Assembly: GCA_965205025.1 (NCBI GenBank)
Contig: CBDBFU010000015.1
Span: forward strand, 160,001 to 224,000
DNA: 64,000 nucleotides
From: Candidatus Poribacteria bacterium
GTDB lineage: Bacteria > Poribacteria > WGA-4E > WGA-3G
Reading direction: 5' to 3'
The notes beneath the pieces are model-generated. The model did not search any database and was not told where the DNA came from. It was given only the letters and a program-made list of their open reading frames with translations. The translations under genes and the position numbers were made by a program. Positions 10,601 through 19,539 of this stretch are shown here, piece by piece. How positions within the stretch are numbered: position 1 is the first letter of the stretch; every line of letters begins with the position of its first letter.

Positions 10601-11092
10601 CTTATTCTTGTGGCACAAAACTTTGGTGCATCAGTGGATTCCGCTACTGCGTCTCCTTTATTTACAATAGACAATAAGGAACTCATGCCTGCAATGGTGC
10701 AAGCATGGATAGATCAAGCATCCGCTGAAAACGATGGTTCTATTGTTTTCCAACAAGGGATAGAGAATCTCGAACGGTTATTAGCATCGCTGATTCCTGA
10801 AAAAACAGCACTGCTGGCAAACTACCCAAATCCTTTCAATCCAGAGACGTGGATACCGTATCACCTGGCAAAACCTGCGGATGTGGTTTTGACTATTTAC
10901 GCAGCGGATGGTGCGGTTGTTCACACAATAGCGTTAGGACATCAAAATGTCGGTAGGTATCAGAGTCGGAGTCGCGCTGCGCATTGGGATGGTAAAAACG
11001 CACTTGGTGAGTCTGTGGCAAGTGGTGTATATTTTTATACATTAACAGTAGGCGATTTTTCTGCTACACGCAAGATGTTAATAATGAAATAG
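4625..11092 (+). CDS. Giant secreted multidomain protein: c-type cytochrome domain(s), internalin-like LRR blocks, beta-sandwich domains, cohesin, dockerin, FlgD-Ig/T9SS-like C-terminal domain
   Basis: Signal peptide; CLVCH and CIGCH; many LxxLxLxxNxIsDLsPL repeats with IPDxNLRxAI caps; cohesin-like GDTFTLNL..DLAGW..YDPNVLE..GSGTL; DVNQDGRVSILDL/DVNRDGVINIQDL; LLANYPNPFNPETWIPY...TRKMLIMK. Confidence 0.9.
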   Translation: MKRWKYIITISCLLIFNFVYQNVQAQQNIAQEAYAIFEQSCLVCHGENGAYTEALIIEHTALIEEGKVIPGDPDGSVFYQRLIETNVAKRMPQGQPALDPVAIETIRQWILAGAPDWDAVPRPKTDFITTDTMLESIENHVNSLSSSDRSFARYFTLTHLYNAGETTEALNAYRRALSKLINSLSWGREVVKPQPIDTEQTVFYIDLRDYEWDVRNDAWTQIEQAYPYQMTFDAPTQTHLHEKLTTLQQEMNCEVPFVHVDWFLATASLPPLYHDILALPDTDRELEALLEVFVAENLQNAPGKRVWRAGFNESGVSRHNRVVERHTSSYGAYWKSYDFAGSAESQNIFTHPLDFTHDGGEIIFNLPNGLQAYFLVDAIGGRLDVAPTEIVSNPAASDPAVRNGLSCIGCHTQGMKTFEDEVRAVVDKAANPPFDKARALELYVKKEVMDGLIEEDTERYREALEAAGGVFGGIEQIQRFHEAFQGTLSVAHAAAAVGLETEVFLEKTSKNTTLQNLLGALVLENGAIKRDAWTSNFYDVISALNTPDSMLPIVERPERIPGAGVYIPDANLRTAIEEALGKAAGEVITVEDMEKLKSFKSVNNGIHDLTGLQFAANLQSLEVWDNQITDLTPLRGLTGLYGLNLKHNAVSDLSPISELINLTEINLEGNLVSDLSPLKNLKKLRYLQLWDCPVSDLSPLAGLTELTELNLADQRWYDLGLIDLSPLTGLTNMEYLTVHNLKLSSGLTPLAGLINLKSLKFDDNNVTDVTPLANLNNLEHIITWGNPISDFSPLTKLTKLKKVDICGANITDLSFLAGKPELTELYLVKNEITDITPLAELHGLTRLNLEGNNISDVSSIAGLTNLKWLKLTNNPITDFLPLTELFENTNIVFDVVIPDVNLRSAIAEVLGKEDMTAPITLAEITSLTTLIASNKDIHDLTGLEQAVNLEELWISKNPTFDLSPLANLKNLIGLGAWETPISDLSPLADLPKLRWLDFGRTPTDANRDLIGNLDLAPLAGITSLRKLTFYACGIIDISPLANLTELTHLRVGGNREIWDASPVAELINLEHLDFHHDSISDLRPLAGLTKLKHLNLYDNRLVSDLSPLAGLTNLTELRLHRNMISDVSPLSGLINLEILILRNNLISDISPLEGLPEHTHIDWLNNPGASVGGPKIEGPWLWLSIPRKRLESKTDLLAEISHGSVTENEIATKGASEGMVVGDNSWIAHSISSTNRGNVAEMLNALGQPEVRYTVVYGSITIYSQQEQNTNMFVGAEGNHKIWLNGELIREDLSYNGSDIHDYELFFPVTLKQGSNILLVAIDNYPYPERFEAYFGFKKSTEYIAFQPSDIHIPDPNLRATIAETLSKEETAPITLQEITSLTTLIASNKDIKDLTGLEFATNLTEFRIDHNPISNLSPIAALTKMREIYFNDTQITDLSPLASLRDLEVINAAHTRISNLEPLADLKNLKKLDTVHSDISDLSPLAGLTNLTRLYLYDCKATDLSPLKGLTKLTWLGLTHTDNISDFSPLSGLTNLEHLDLSDTEISDLTPLAGLINLETLILNENRIVDVSPLASLRNLKDLQLHKNNISDLSPLARIRESIEVFTWFGNPAFPQGGPNIEGPWLWLTFPGKADKDVDYLATASNNKITEEQIANLGASEGNVIGNRAWSVGMLEPYHPNDFKANKTNLRRLLDSQDAITPNTYGQTFVVYGSMTLYSPRIQQTKIFIGASAGQKIYLNGKLVHQDYIDYAFGAHNVGYRTFFPVTLQKGKNVLLVRLDNLKAHYDLWSLFFGLDEITEYMVLTPGVGFSFSVIEKDFLAGDTFTLNLNAENITDLAGWEGDISYDPNVLEAIEVTEGGFLKTHDATTFFQRGTIDNTTGKITGINIARIAEGGVNGSGTLLSVKFRAKVGGDTYITLENFEFGSSSGDIIPAVPPNITITVGEYPAWDVNQDGRVSILDLILVAQDLGSGTPANLRTDVNRDGVINIQDLILVAQNFGASVDSATASPLFTIDNKELMPAMVQAWIDQASAENDGSIVFQQGIENLERLLASLIPEKTALLANYPNPFNPETWIPYHLAKPADVVLTIYAADGAVVHTIALGHQNVGRYQSRSRAAHWDGKNALGESVASGVYFYTLTVGDFSATRKMLIMK

Positions 11093-11278
11093 TATCATAA
11101 GACCTTATGATAGTTGGAATGCTGATTTTTATTGACTTCGCAACCATCGTTGATGAGTTGGGTTGAGAATGATGATTTACTGTAGTTTGGACACTTTTCA
11201 GCGTGAACTCAATATATAAAATCGGTTTACTTCATCTGTTCTAAATTCTGACTCAACACATAAAATGAAACCCTCATT

Positions 11279-11379
11279 GCTCCAACGGAACGGTATATAG
11301 TGAATCGATACATAGCACTCCGCTGGAGTGCAAGAATTTACCGAGCATGTTTTCTATAGACATAGCACTCCGCTGGAGT
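11279..11379. repeat. REP-like palindromic repeat cluster
   Basis: ACATAGCACTCCGCTGGAGT repeated exactly at 11310-11329 and 11360-11379 (hairpin core ACTCC/GGAGT), plus an inverted degenerate copy at about 11279-11298. The region is flanked by GTAGTTTG (11182)/CAAACTAC (11404). Confidence 0.75.
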
Positions 11380-11595
11380 AGGGAGTCCATAAGCTGTTGT
11401 TATCAAACTACCCCGGAACCCAAAGAAGGTATCAAGTCCCTTTGTAGCACACTTCCCGAAAGTTGCCAAAGCGCCATTACCATCAGCACATTTCAAAGGT
11501 GAAGCAGAAGAGTGATCTTTTCATTTTTTATTCTATTTTAAATTAATATTCAGATGCACCTGATTCAGATACAATTCAAAGCCTGGATTGATATC

Positions 11596-12231
11596 CTACA
11601 TCAAACTTCTAAAAGTTATTGAAACTCTTCGTCCCCGTTCATATTTTCGCCCTTCCCATACATCCGTTTTTCTGGAAGGTATACCGTGCATCCATTGTGT
11701 TTTGGCATCTTCACTTAATACTGCAATACTTCTGGGTGCCAACCAGATTGGAACCTTTTGGCTTTCATCATCTTGGTTTGTCAACTCCATTACACAACTT
11801 GACCCTAAACTCAATGATATTATGGTATCCATATGACATGCCTCCTTATCAATATGATTACCAATACCTTGCCCAGGTTCGTATTCACTAACAAGTGCTT
11901 GGTTTGCTACTACCGGCATATATCCATCTGTGTGCAATTTCAGACAAAGTCGTTTTAACCATTCAGGCATCTCTGTAACAGATCTTTCATCGTCGGATTC
12001 ATCATCGTCCCGGTAATACGATTCACCATAATGTTGAATTCGACGCTGGTAAAAATCACCCCATTCGTGTTTCTCAATCTCATTCAACAACCATTCATGT
12101 TGAAACTCAGTGATATAGTTAGGAACATACCTAAGTCCTCTGATTACCTCTACTGCATGTTGATTTGTTGGAGGAGGGTGAGGTTGAAAAAACTGATGGT
12201 CTATTATTGGAAAGAGAGATTGTTGTTCCAT
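11596..12231 (-). CDS. AlkB-like 2OG-Fe(II) dioxygenase
   Basis: RRIQHYG, YEPGQGIGNHID (HxD), ISLSLGS, WMHGIP, RRVSITFR. Confidence 0.92.
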   Translation of the reverse strand: MEQQSLFPIIDHQFFQPHPPPTNQHAVEVIRGLRYVPNYITEFQHEWLLNEIEKHEWGDFYQRRIQHYGESYYRDDDESDDERSVTEMPEWLKRLCLKLHTDGYMPVVANQALVSEYEPGQGIGNHIDKEACHMDTIISLSLGSSCVMELTNQDDESQKVPIWLAPRSIAVLSEDAKTQWMHGIPSRKTDVWEGRKYERGRRVSITFRSLM

Positions 12232-12239
12232 TAGTCTTA

Positions 12240-13487
12240 TTACTCTTGACTATATGCTGGATTCGGTTCCAATTCACTGTGATATGCAAAAAGAATTGCG
12301 ATTGCAATACATGCTCCAACAATACCTACTGGTGAAAAATTACCAACCAGATCAACCAACAAACCGAGTAATGGTGCCAATATAATAGTTGCTAAAGATT
12401 TAGATTGAGCTTCAATAGATAAAATCGTTGCACTCATTTCAGGTGTTGATTGTTCATTGAAACGGCTAATCAATCCGGGTCTCCAGAAGTTTTGTAGAAT
12501 TGCTAACGCAACGAAAAGGGGTATAATCGCTGGATACAGATTATACCAAAGTGCTGGTATCAAAAGAGCAAAAAGCGTGAGATTGATCCACCACATTAAT
12601 TGTGCTGCTCCTTCATCACCCCCCTTCCAATCTGAAACCTTATGTGAATTTCGTGAGGCAAAGGAGGCTATGAAGTACAATATAAAATATACCCCACCGA
12701 CGAGTAATGTTGACCTCTTAAAGTCATCCATTGCAATAAGAAATGGTAATGCAATTGCTGTCTGTTTCAGTATGGGTTGTAGAAAATCTTTACTTGCTTT
12801 ATACATCCCTTCAAAACCCATGCCTTCGAACACTAATCGACGGAGCGGTGGAAATTGAACAGACTGTTTCAGAGCCGTACCAAGGAAGACAGCAACAACT
12901 TTCAGAGAAAACTCGCTTTGTCTATCACCATCCAACTTAGCAGGATAACCGAGGAAGTTAATAATGTTCAGAACGCATGGAAGGATTGAGAACCAGAATA
13001 TGTCTGTGAAATTACCAGTAAAAAAAACCAATACCGCTGCGATGAGGACAGAAAGAGCGGAACCCATTTGAGACCACGATCTTGTAAATCCATATACTTT
13101 TGTTTTTTCATCTGATCGTCCCATTATACTCAGCCAGTCAAAGATCATTGCTTTGTGTGTTCCACTGCGGAAGGCATCTCCTAAACCAAAGAAAAACATA
13201 CCACCAAACAATAAAAACAGAGATTCACTCACTGCAAAAGTTGCAAAAGAGGCTATATAGGCACAGAATGAAAAAATCATAGCTCTTCGTCTGCCGTATA
13301 GGTCTGCTAATGCCCCAGATGGTATTTCAAATATGTTTGTGCATACCTCTCGAAACCCAATTAGGATACCAATCTGGAAGAAGGATAACCCCTTCTCCCG
13401 AAATGCTAAAATCAGGAATGGATCATAATAACGTTGGTTTTTTAAGAATCCGTAGAGCGAAAAACGGAAGAGCATTGGGATACGCAT
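12240..13487 (-). CDS. MFS transporter
   Basis: About 12 TM helices; EIPSGALADLYGRRR motif A. Confidence 0.9.
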   Translation of the reverse strand: MRIPMLFRFSLYGFLKNQRYYDPFLILAFREKGLSFFQIGILIGFREVCTNIFEIPSGALADLYGRRRAMIFSFCAYIASFATFAVSESLFLLFGGMFFFGLGDAFRSGTHKAMIFDWLSIMGRSDEKTKVYGFTRSWSQMGSALSVLIAAVLVFFTGNFTDIFWFSILPCVLNIINFLGYPAKLDGDRQSEFSLKVVAVFLGTALKQSVQFPPLRRLVFEGMGFEGMYKASKDFLQPILKQTAIALPFLIAMDDFKRSTLLVGGVYFILYFIASFASRNSHKVSDWKGGDEGAAQLMWWINLTLFALLIPALWYNLYPAIIPLFVALAILQNFWRPGLISRFNEQSTPEMSATILSIEAQSKSLATIILAPLLGLLVDLVGNFSPVGIVGACIAIAILFAYHSELEPNPAYSQE

Positions 13488-13507
13488 AGATTAGAGATAT
13501 AGACTAA

Positions 13508-14038
13508 TTACTGTTTCTCCCATATTTGGACGTTATATCTTGGTAAATCAAAAGGATATTCCCCATATTCAAGAATAGGCATTCCGTGATCATCAACAGT
13601 TACGACGGCATAGAGTTGATGAGGGGTAACACTTGTATCTATCCTTTCAAGGAATTGCCACCGATCTCCATCAGCGGTTATAAGTCTTATTTTTGTCCAA
13701 AGAATACCTTCTCCATCACTATAAGTTCCATCAGACACCTGTAATTGGGGTTGTGGATCAGCAGGTAACGTGAAACTTTCTCCAATTGTGGATGTGGAAT
13801 TTAGATGGGTATGTGAAACCAAAACCCATGTACCCGGTACAGGCACTTCAACACCGTTCTGGTCAACTGGCCATACATGGTCACGTTCTTCTATTGGGGT
13901 TGAACTTTCTGCTTGAGAATCCACTACTTGCAGGATGTGTTCACAGCCGGAAAATCCGATAACTAAAACAACAATAGTCAATATAAAAGTCAATTTTGTG
14001 ATTGTTTTTGTATGCACATTGAATTCCTTTGTTTTCAA
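13508..14038 (-). CDS. Hypothetical lipoprotein
   Basis: Hydrophobic signal with FSGC lipobox; co-oriented with neighbouring genes. Confidence 0.65.
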   Translation of the reverse strand: MKTKEFNVHTKTITKLTFILTIVVLVIGFSGCEHILQVVDSQAESSTPIEERDHVWPVDQNGVEVPVPGTWVLVSHTHLNSTSTIGESFTLPADPQPQLQVSDGTYSDGEGILWTKIRLITADGDRWQFLERIDTSVTPHQLYAVVTVDDHGMPILEYGEYPFDLPRYNVQIWEKQ

Positions 14039-14104
14039 ATAACTGTAGCGGTTGGTAAGATATGTCTATTGAGAATTTATAAACTTACTGTATAAAGTTC
14101 ATTT

Positions 14105-14470
14105 TTATCCAACAGTCTTATCCTTTCGTTGATGAATGAGAATACGATTCTGATCTGGGTCTTCAATAACTGCCCAATAACATACCGAGGATTCCCCAAT
14201 AGGTAATACTATAGGAATTCCTGCTTGTTCTAATTCTCCTACCGCAGACTCCACATTTTCAACAGCAAGTGCGACCATCCCACCACCGGGTTGTATGAAA
14301 TCATCACCTTCACCCAATGCTAATGTACCGGGATTAATTTCAAATTCTGCCCATTTTCCTTCATAAACCAAACATGACAATGGCATACCCAGTGTATCAC
14401 GATAGAATACCAAAGCTTTATCCATGTCACTCACTGCAAAGAAAGTAAAGTCTATACCTAATACATTCAT
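14105..14470 (-). CDS. VOC/glyoxalase family protein
   Basis: VSDMDKALVFYRDTLG...VALAVENVE...IEDPDQNRI; RBS GGAG upstream. Confidence 0.9.
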   Translation of the reverse strand: MNVLGIDFTFFAVSDMDKALVFYRDTLGMPLSCLVYEGKWAEFEINPGTLALGEGDDFIQPGGGMVALAVENVESAVGELEQAGIPIVLPIGESSVCYWAVIEDPDQNRILIHQRKDKTVG

Positions 14471-14507
14471 AGAAACAATCTCCTATACTCCCTAATTCAG
14501 TACCATG

Positions 14508-15479
14508 CTAAGGGGTAAGTGTTTTGATCGGATATTCCTGATCACAATCTGGTGCTGTCCAGAATGGACTCCAATCTGCAGCGCAATCTTTACCTTTGTA
14601 TAGAGTCTTACCTATAACTGCCCACGCCGTTCCTTCTGATGAAAACGTAATAAATCCCGTGCTAATCCGATCAGTGGATTCATTAAATTGATCATTGAGT
14701 TCAGTCCATATGCCACCACCATCCTCTGATCGACAAAGCCATGCCCCACCACCTCTTGGTCCCTTTTGGACAGCGGCAATCATTAAATCTGGATCTTCTG
14801 GATGTACAGCAATAGCGGTACCGTACCGAACCGGTAACCCTTCAAGGTAATTTTCCCATGAGACACCTCTGTCTTTACTGACATAAACACCGTTCTGTGT
14901 GTTTGCATAAACTCTATTATCGTCTGCAGGACACGTAGCAACCTGATGGACATCTTTATTAAGGTCTGGTGTGACGGGTTCCCAAGAAATCCCTTCATCG
15001 TTGGAACGCATGATACTTCCGACATGGATATCTGCGTAGCAAAATCCATCTTTAGTTTTCGCTAAAGTCCGGACAGCTGGTGGACCGCCCCACGGTGTGT
15101 ACCAATCTTTTCGACATTCTAATTCGTCAAATGAGGCAATCCGTTCAGCCGGTCCCTCTTCTCCAACGAGACGATAAACATAAGCCCCCTCATCTGTTCC
15201 AATCAGTATAGTCAATGGATTCTCACGAACAACAAGCAACGAAGCAATTGGATCGTCTATACCTGTTGGAATTCGTTTCTCTTCATCATCAGATAAAACC
15301 AGTAGTGTTCCATCAGACATGGCAGTTACTACGGATTGATTGTTCGATAGGGACACCATTGCACCGTGAGTGTTACTTCCGTTATCATCCTTTTGGTCAG
15401 TGCCATCGTAGAGCAAGGTGGGTTCACCATTTCCATTATCCTCAACGGCATAAATTGCGTTGTATGTAGCAAAAAACAT
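14508..15479 (-). CDS. BNR/Asp-box beta-propeller protein (sialidase-like/YCF48-like)
   Basis: Asp-box repeats RSNDEGISW, VSKDRGVSW, RSEDGGGIW. Start placed at MFFATY, which follows an AAGGAG RBS; the ORF track extends to 15542. Confidence 0.8.
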   Translation of the reverse strand: MFFATYNAIYAVEDNGNGEPTLLYDGTDQKDDNGSNTHGAMVSLSNNQSVVTAMSDGTLLVLSDDEEKRIPTGIDDPIASLLVVRENPLTILIGTDEGAYVYRLVGEEGPAERIASFDELECRKDWYTPWGGPPAVRTLAKTKDGFCYADIHVGSIMRSNDEGISWEPVTPDLNKDVHQVATCPADDNRVYANTQNGVYVSKDRGVSWENYLEGLPVRYGTAIAVHPEDPDLMIAAVQKGPRGGGAWLCRSEDGGGIWTELNDQFNESTDRISTGFITFSSEGTAWAVIGKTLYKGKDCAADWSPFWTAPDCDQEYPIKTLTP

Positions 15480-15679
15480 AATATATTCTCCTTTGTTGTG
15501 TATCGGGGAAGATCTTTGTGCCAAAGCGAAAATATCGGTCAAGTTGTGATGCTTTTTCTACAGCATCCTGATCAGAATAGGAAGTTGTTGAATAATCACG
15601 ATCCACTCCATTCATAAAATTATAGAAAAAGATAATAAAGAATACTAATGATGAATCAATATCAAACTATCAATCTCTA

Positions 15680-16102
15680 TTATTCTTCGTCCTTAGGCAA
15701 TTCTTCAACAACCTTATAGTGTTTTAACAGGTCTCCAGACTTATACGTTTCAGTTTTAACTGGGGTAATTTCATCCTCGGTCACAGCAATTTGCCATGGA
15801 TCAATATGTACTTTCTTTTCTTCTGGTATAACTTCTGGGTCCACGAAATAGATATAAATCGTCTCGTCTGGTTTAAACTGATCTGGATATTGAAAGGAAA
15901 TGATTCGTCTAACCAGATCTATATTTGACGTGCCGGGTGGTCTGGCAGCACAAGCCAATGCGAATAGAAAGTCCGGTGTAAGGTAGATTGCTTCTAATGC
16001 CTCTTCAGGGGGTCTCCCAGGCGGGGCAATCGCTTTACGTTTTTTTAATTTTGTAAGAGATTGTTTGCTTCCGTGATATAAATACGTTGTTTGTTTCTCC
16101 AT
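15680..16102 (-). CDS. Hypothetical protein (YLYHGS start, possible ADP-ribosyltransferase-like fold)
   Basis: About 140-aa ORF in a co-oriented run; LYHGS...IYLTPD...A pattern is reminiscent of ART/DUF952-type folds (weak). Confidence 0.6.
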   Translation of the reverse strand: MEKQTTYLYHGSKQSLTKLKKRKAIAPPGRPPEEALEAIYLTPDFLFALACAARPPGTSNIDLVRRIISFQYPDQFKPDETIYIYFVDPEVIPEEKKVHIDPWQIAVTEDEITPVKTETYKSGDLLKHYKVVEELPKDEE

Positions 16103-16133
16103 AGGTCCGCCCATAAATAGCACAGTTTTCTTA

Positions 16134-16775
16134 TTAGGTATGCAACATCTTCATAAATGTATCCTTGCTCGAAAAGTCTTCGACCCAATATTCGCATTTT
16201 CCCTTTAATCGCGCGCCGATTCCTATGAAGTGCCATCCGAGTTCTTGGGTCGCCTGCATATCCCATTCAGCATCGCCTATGTAGACGACACGCTGGAAAC
16301 AATGACCTAACTGCAATAGGCATTTCTTCATAATCGTTACGCGCTCATCACCATCGTCACTGGAAGTTAAGACTATATTCTTCAAGTCAAATCCTGCATG
16401 CCGAAGTTTCATTTTCGCTGTATGTTCCCAACCACCTGTCGCGAATCCAACTTCGTAGTCCTCTGCAGCGAGAAGTTTATCAATCAGGTGAATAGCACCT
16501 CCTTTTGGGAGGCATTTGCCACCGTTTTGAAGATACTGCCGAATCAATTCGCCGAATTTTGTGCGAACTTCCTCAACTTGTCCCACTTCCTGAATCTTAT
16601 TCTCTTCCATAATTTGTCGCAAACTACCTGTGTCGGTGACATTTTTGTATTTGCTCCAATCATTATGGATATAAACTTCACCCAGGACTGCTCTTATCGC
16701 AGAAATGTAACAAGCAACATCGAAACCGAAACTGTCGACAAGTGTGCCATCAATATCAAATACCGTAGCGATCAT
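16134..16775 (-). CDS. HAD family hydrolase
   Basis: VFDIDGTLVD motif I, ATG motif II, YIGDAEWD motif IV. Confidence 0.9.
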   Translation of the reverse strand: MIATVFDIDGTLVDSFGFDVACYISAIRAVLGEVYIHNDWSKYKNVTDTGSLRQIMEENKIQEVGQVEEVRTKFGELIRQYLQNGGKCLPKGGAIHLIDKLLAAEDYEVGFATGGWEHTAKMKLRHAGFDLKNIVLTSSDDGDERVTIMKKCLLQLGHCFQRVVYIGDAEWDMQATQELGWHFIGIGARLKGKCEYWVEDFSSKDTFMKMLHT

Positions 16776-16922
16776 TTATTACTTTTTCCTGATTTTTTCG
16801 GTTGTTATGTTCAGGAAGGTTACTCCGTATGCCTGGGGCAGTTCATGTTCTATCCGTGTAACATAGCAGCGTTCAAATGCTCCGTTTTCTCGGAGTATTT
16901 CAGTGAGGCGTTTGGGAGTCAG

Positions 16923-17798
16923 TTACTCGTCTCCGGTGAAATTCACGAGCAGTCTTCGTCCATTTAAGGGTTGTACCGGCCTGTTGTTATCATGCATAAT
17001 CGCTTTGAACGCTGCGATTTGTGCTTCAGACATCTCGATCGGCGTTGTCAGCATAATCCATTTGACACCTTCCGTACAAGGCGGGGTCGTCAACGAACCG
17101 TCATAACGATAGTAGTTCCAAAAACGCGACGGTGCTTCGTCGGTTATCTGGTCATTTGGTGAAAACATAAAGCGAGGATCGATTATCAAGCTGCCATCTT
17201 CAGTAACATTCTCAATACGTTGCGTTTCACCTGGAACTGTGGGTAGATGGGACCAGATAGGGTCAAATGCGAACTTGTGACGACCGCGCTCAATTAGCAA
17301 TCCAACGACTGCCAACGTGCCATCCTCGCTTTTATGAACGAAGTGCACCTCTATATCAAAGGATTTACCTACCACCGTATGTTCGCTTGGCGCATGGAAA
17401 TGGAATTGGAGCAGCTGATACCGCGTGCCATCAACCTCAATCCAGTTTCCTTCTGGACACGCAACTTCAATTGTATGGCCAGTGTTGCGGACATTCATAC
17501 TTGTTGGGCGGTAGTTGTAAGGAATAGGCGGAAGTTTCGCTGGTGTGGCGTTCACAAGATCAATTGGTGATTGGTGTTTCCCCACAGCGCAGAGGAAATA
17601 TTCCGGACTGAGCCGCGCCCAAACATCCGGCCCATTCTCCGCTTCGTAGCCCCAGGATACCGTCTCAGTATGCTGCGTAATCTGCTTTGCTTTTTCCTGA
17701 TAGTTCATATTAATATGTGTACAAGAGATGAGACTGTGAGTGATGAAAGTGAATACAAATAGTAGTTCAAGATTGAGTGCTGTGAATTTATTCAACAT
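16923..17798 (-). CDS. cah: Alpha-class carbonic anhydrase
   Basis: WGYE..GP, QSPID, QFHFHAPSEH, EVHFVH, YDGSLTTPPCTEGV, NNRPVQPLNGR; N-terminal hydrophobic leader. Confidence 0.95.
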   Translation of the reverse strand: MLNKFTALNLELLFVFTFITHSLISCTHINMNYQEKAKQITQHTETVSWGYEAENGPDVWARLSPEYFLCAVGKHQSPIDLVNATPAKLPPIPYNYRPTSMNVRNTGHTIEVACPEGNWIEVDGTRYQLLQFHFHAPSEHTVVGKSFDIEVHFVHKSEDGTLAVVGLLIERGRHKFAFDPIWSHLPTVPGETQRIENVTEDGSLIIDPRFMFSPNDQITDEAPSRFWNYYRYDGSLTTPPCTEGVKWIMLTTPIEMSEAQIAAFKAIMHDNNRPVQPLNGRRLLVNFTGDE

Positions 17799-18245
17799 GA
17801 TTTTGCACCTTCATTCCCGACCAAAGACCTTTCTGACAATGACCGGGGTATAAAAATAAATGTGTCAGTTACGGATAATTGCTGATAGGTTTTCAATACT
17901 TCTTGGAACTGATGGTAGAATTGCTCGCACTCCCCTTTTGTATCGATCAACTCTATACTGGGCGAATTTGACAGATTAATATGCAACTCTTATGAACGAT
18001 GTTTCCCTTTGATTATCAGAATCTGGTGTACATACTGAATATTCGTCATCCCTTGATAAGAAGAATTATATTTCCCATTTTGGTTGATGATTTCAATAAA
18101 CCTGATGAATCTCTTTTAGATTTTCATAAGGTAGGTCAACCGCAATCCTTCAAGACAGTAGTCAAGGTCTCTGAAGATAAAGGTTCAGCGGGGAGTGGTT
18201 TTTCTGTTGTCATGGTAATGTGTAGGTTAAATGACACCCTATATC

Positions 18246-19511
18246 CTATGCGTATTCGCGAACAATCAGCGGAAGTTTCTCACGTTCTTTACCCAACTCT
18301 GTGCGGACACCATTTTGATTTAATACTATAATATCCCCAGTAATATCGTGTAGTGGAAAATCGCTCTTCGGTTGGGTGAATTCGACAGCGGGACGGTCGC
18401 GGTTGTCTTCAACAAAGCAATTGATGAAATCAATACCTCCCATTATCTCGACTAAGTCTGGTTGTGGTAAGGATAACGATATGGGTGACCATTCTCCACC
18501 AAACTGCTGATCTTGAGCAGCGTTTATCACACTACAATTGGTAAAGGTTACCCGTGCACCTTTTAAAGACTTCTCCTGAACCTTGATACCATAACCTATT
18601 GTGGTGTCAACAGTGCAGTTCTCGAATTCGATATTCCCCGCCGGACCATTATCGCTAATTTTTGTGACACGTATACCTGTTCCGTGTTGACTACTCACAT
18701 AACAATCTTCAAACCGGAGTGTTACATCTTCAGTTTCGCTGGAAGTGTGTGCCAAAAACACCTCTATTCCGTCACCGACATTATCAATAAATTTACATCC
18801 AGAGAAAACAACATTCTTTATCCTTTGGTCGGCTAAGTCAGGTTCAATGTCTACCCCTGATGCTGGTGGTGTACCCCATGTATTTGAAAATTCACAGTTC
18901 TCAACTGTAAGGTTTTCAGCACTAATTACACTGATGCCTTGTCGATAATGGTTATCACAGACAATGTCTCGGAGATGTATGTTTTCAGAATATCTCCTAT
19001 CCTTACCACCATCAACATATATGCCATCTCCACCGCTATCCTTTAATGTTAACCCGAATATATCTACATTTTTGGATCCTCGAATAGAAAGCGTCATACG
19101 CCACTCGGCTTTAGGGTATTGTCCATACCAACGGTGCCAATCAAGTTGTTCAAGGACAAGTCCATTTATATAATCCTGTTTCCACATACGGAAGGTTGCT
19201 CCGTATCCGCGTATGGTAAGATTCTCAACATCTTGTGCTGTAAACAGCGAATCACCACCTCCACGGTATTCACCCCTTTTAGCAGAGATGACGGTGCCGC
19301 GTTCAAAAATAATTTCTTGATTACTTGCAAGTTTTATCGGACGAACCACCCAGTCTGAACGCATATTTGGCACGATTAATCTACGCGCACCAGAATCAAT
19401 AGCGGATTGCAAACCATCTGTCGCATCTTCTGGGTCAAATCCCCACCACGCAGCATTTGCAACGGTAGTCTTCCCTGACTGGACATCTGCGATAGCCTCA
19501 ATATTCTTCAT
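18246..19511 (-). CDS. Right-handed parallel beta-helix (pectate lyase-like) protein
   Basis: DATDGLQSAID, GGDGIY, NHYRQGISVISAENLTVENC, GVDIEPD repeats. Confidence 0.85.
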   Translation of the reverse strand: MKNIEAIADVQSGKTTVANAAWWGFDPEDATDGLQSAIDSGARRLIVPNMRSDWVVRPIKLASNQEIIFERGTVISAKRGEYRGGGDSLFTAQDVENLTIRGYGATFRMWKQDYINGLVLEQLDWHRWYGQYPKAEWRMTLSIRGSKNVDIFGLTLKDSGGDGIYVDGGKDRRYSENIHLRDIVCDNHYRQGISVISAENLTVENCEFSNTWGTPPASGVDIEPDLADQRIKNVVFSGCKFIDNVGDGIEVFLAHTSSETEDVTLRFEDCYVSSQHGTGIRVTKISDNGPAGNIEFENCTVDTTIGYGIKVQEKSLKGARVTFTNCSVINAAQDQQFGGEWSPISLSLPQPDLVEIMGGIDFINCFVEDNRDRPAVEFTQPKSDFPLHDITGDIIVLNQNGVRTELGKEREKLPLIVREYA

Positions 19512-19539
19512 GTATTTTCCATAATACTAAAATAGTGTA

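Noticed and set aside
17792-18240. Short ORFs between the carbonic anhydrase and beta-helix genes
   Set aside because: No recognisable motif; possibly a decayed gene, but no family can be supported.
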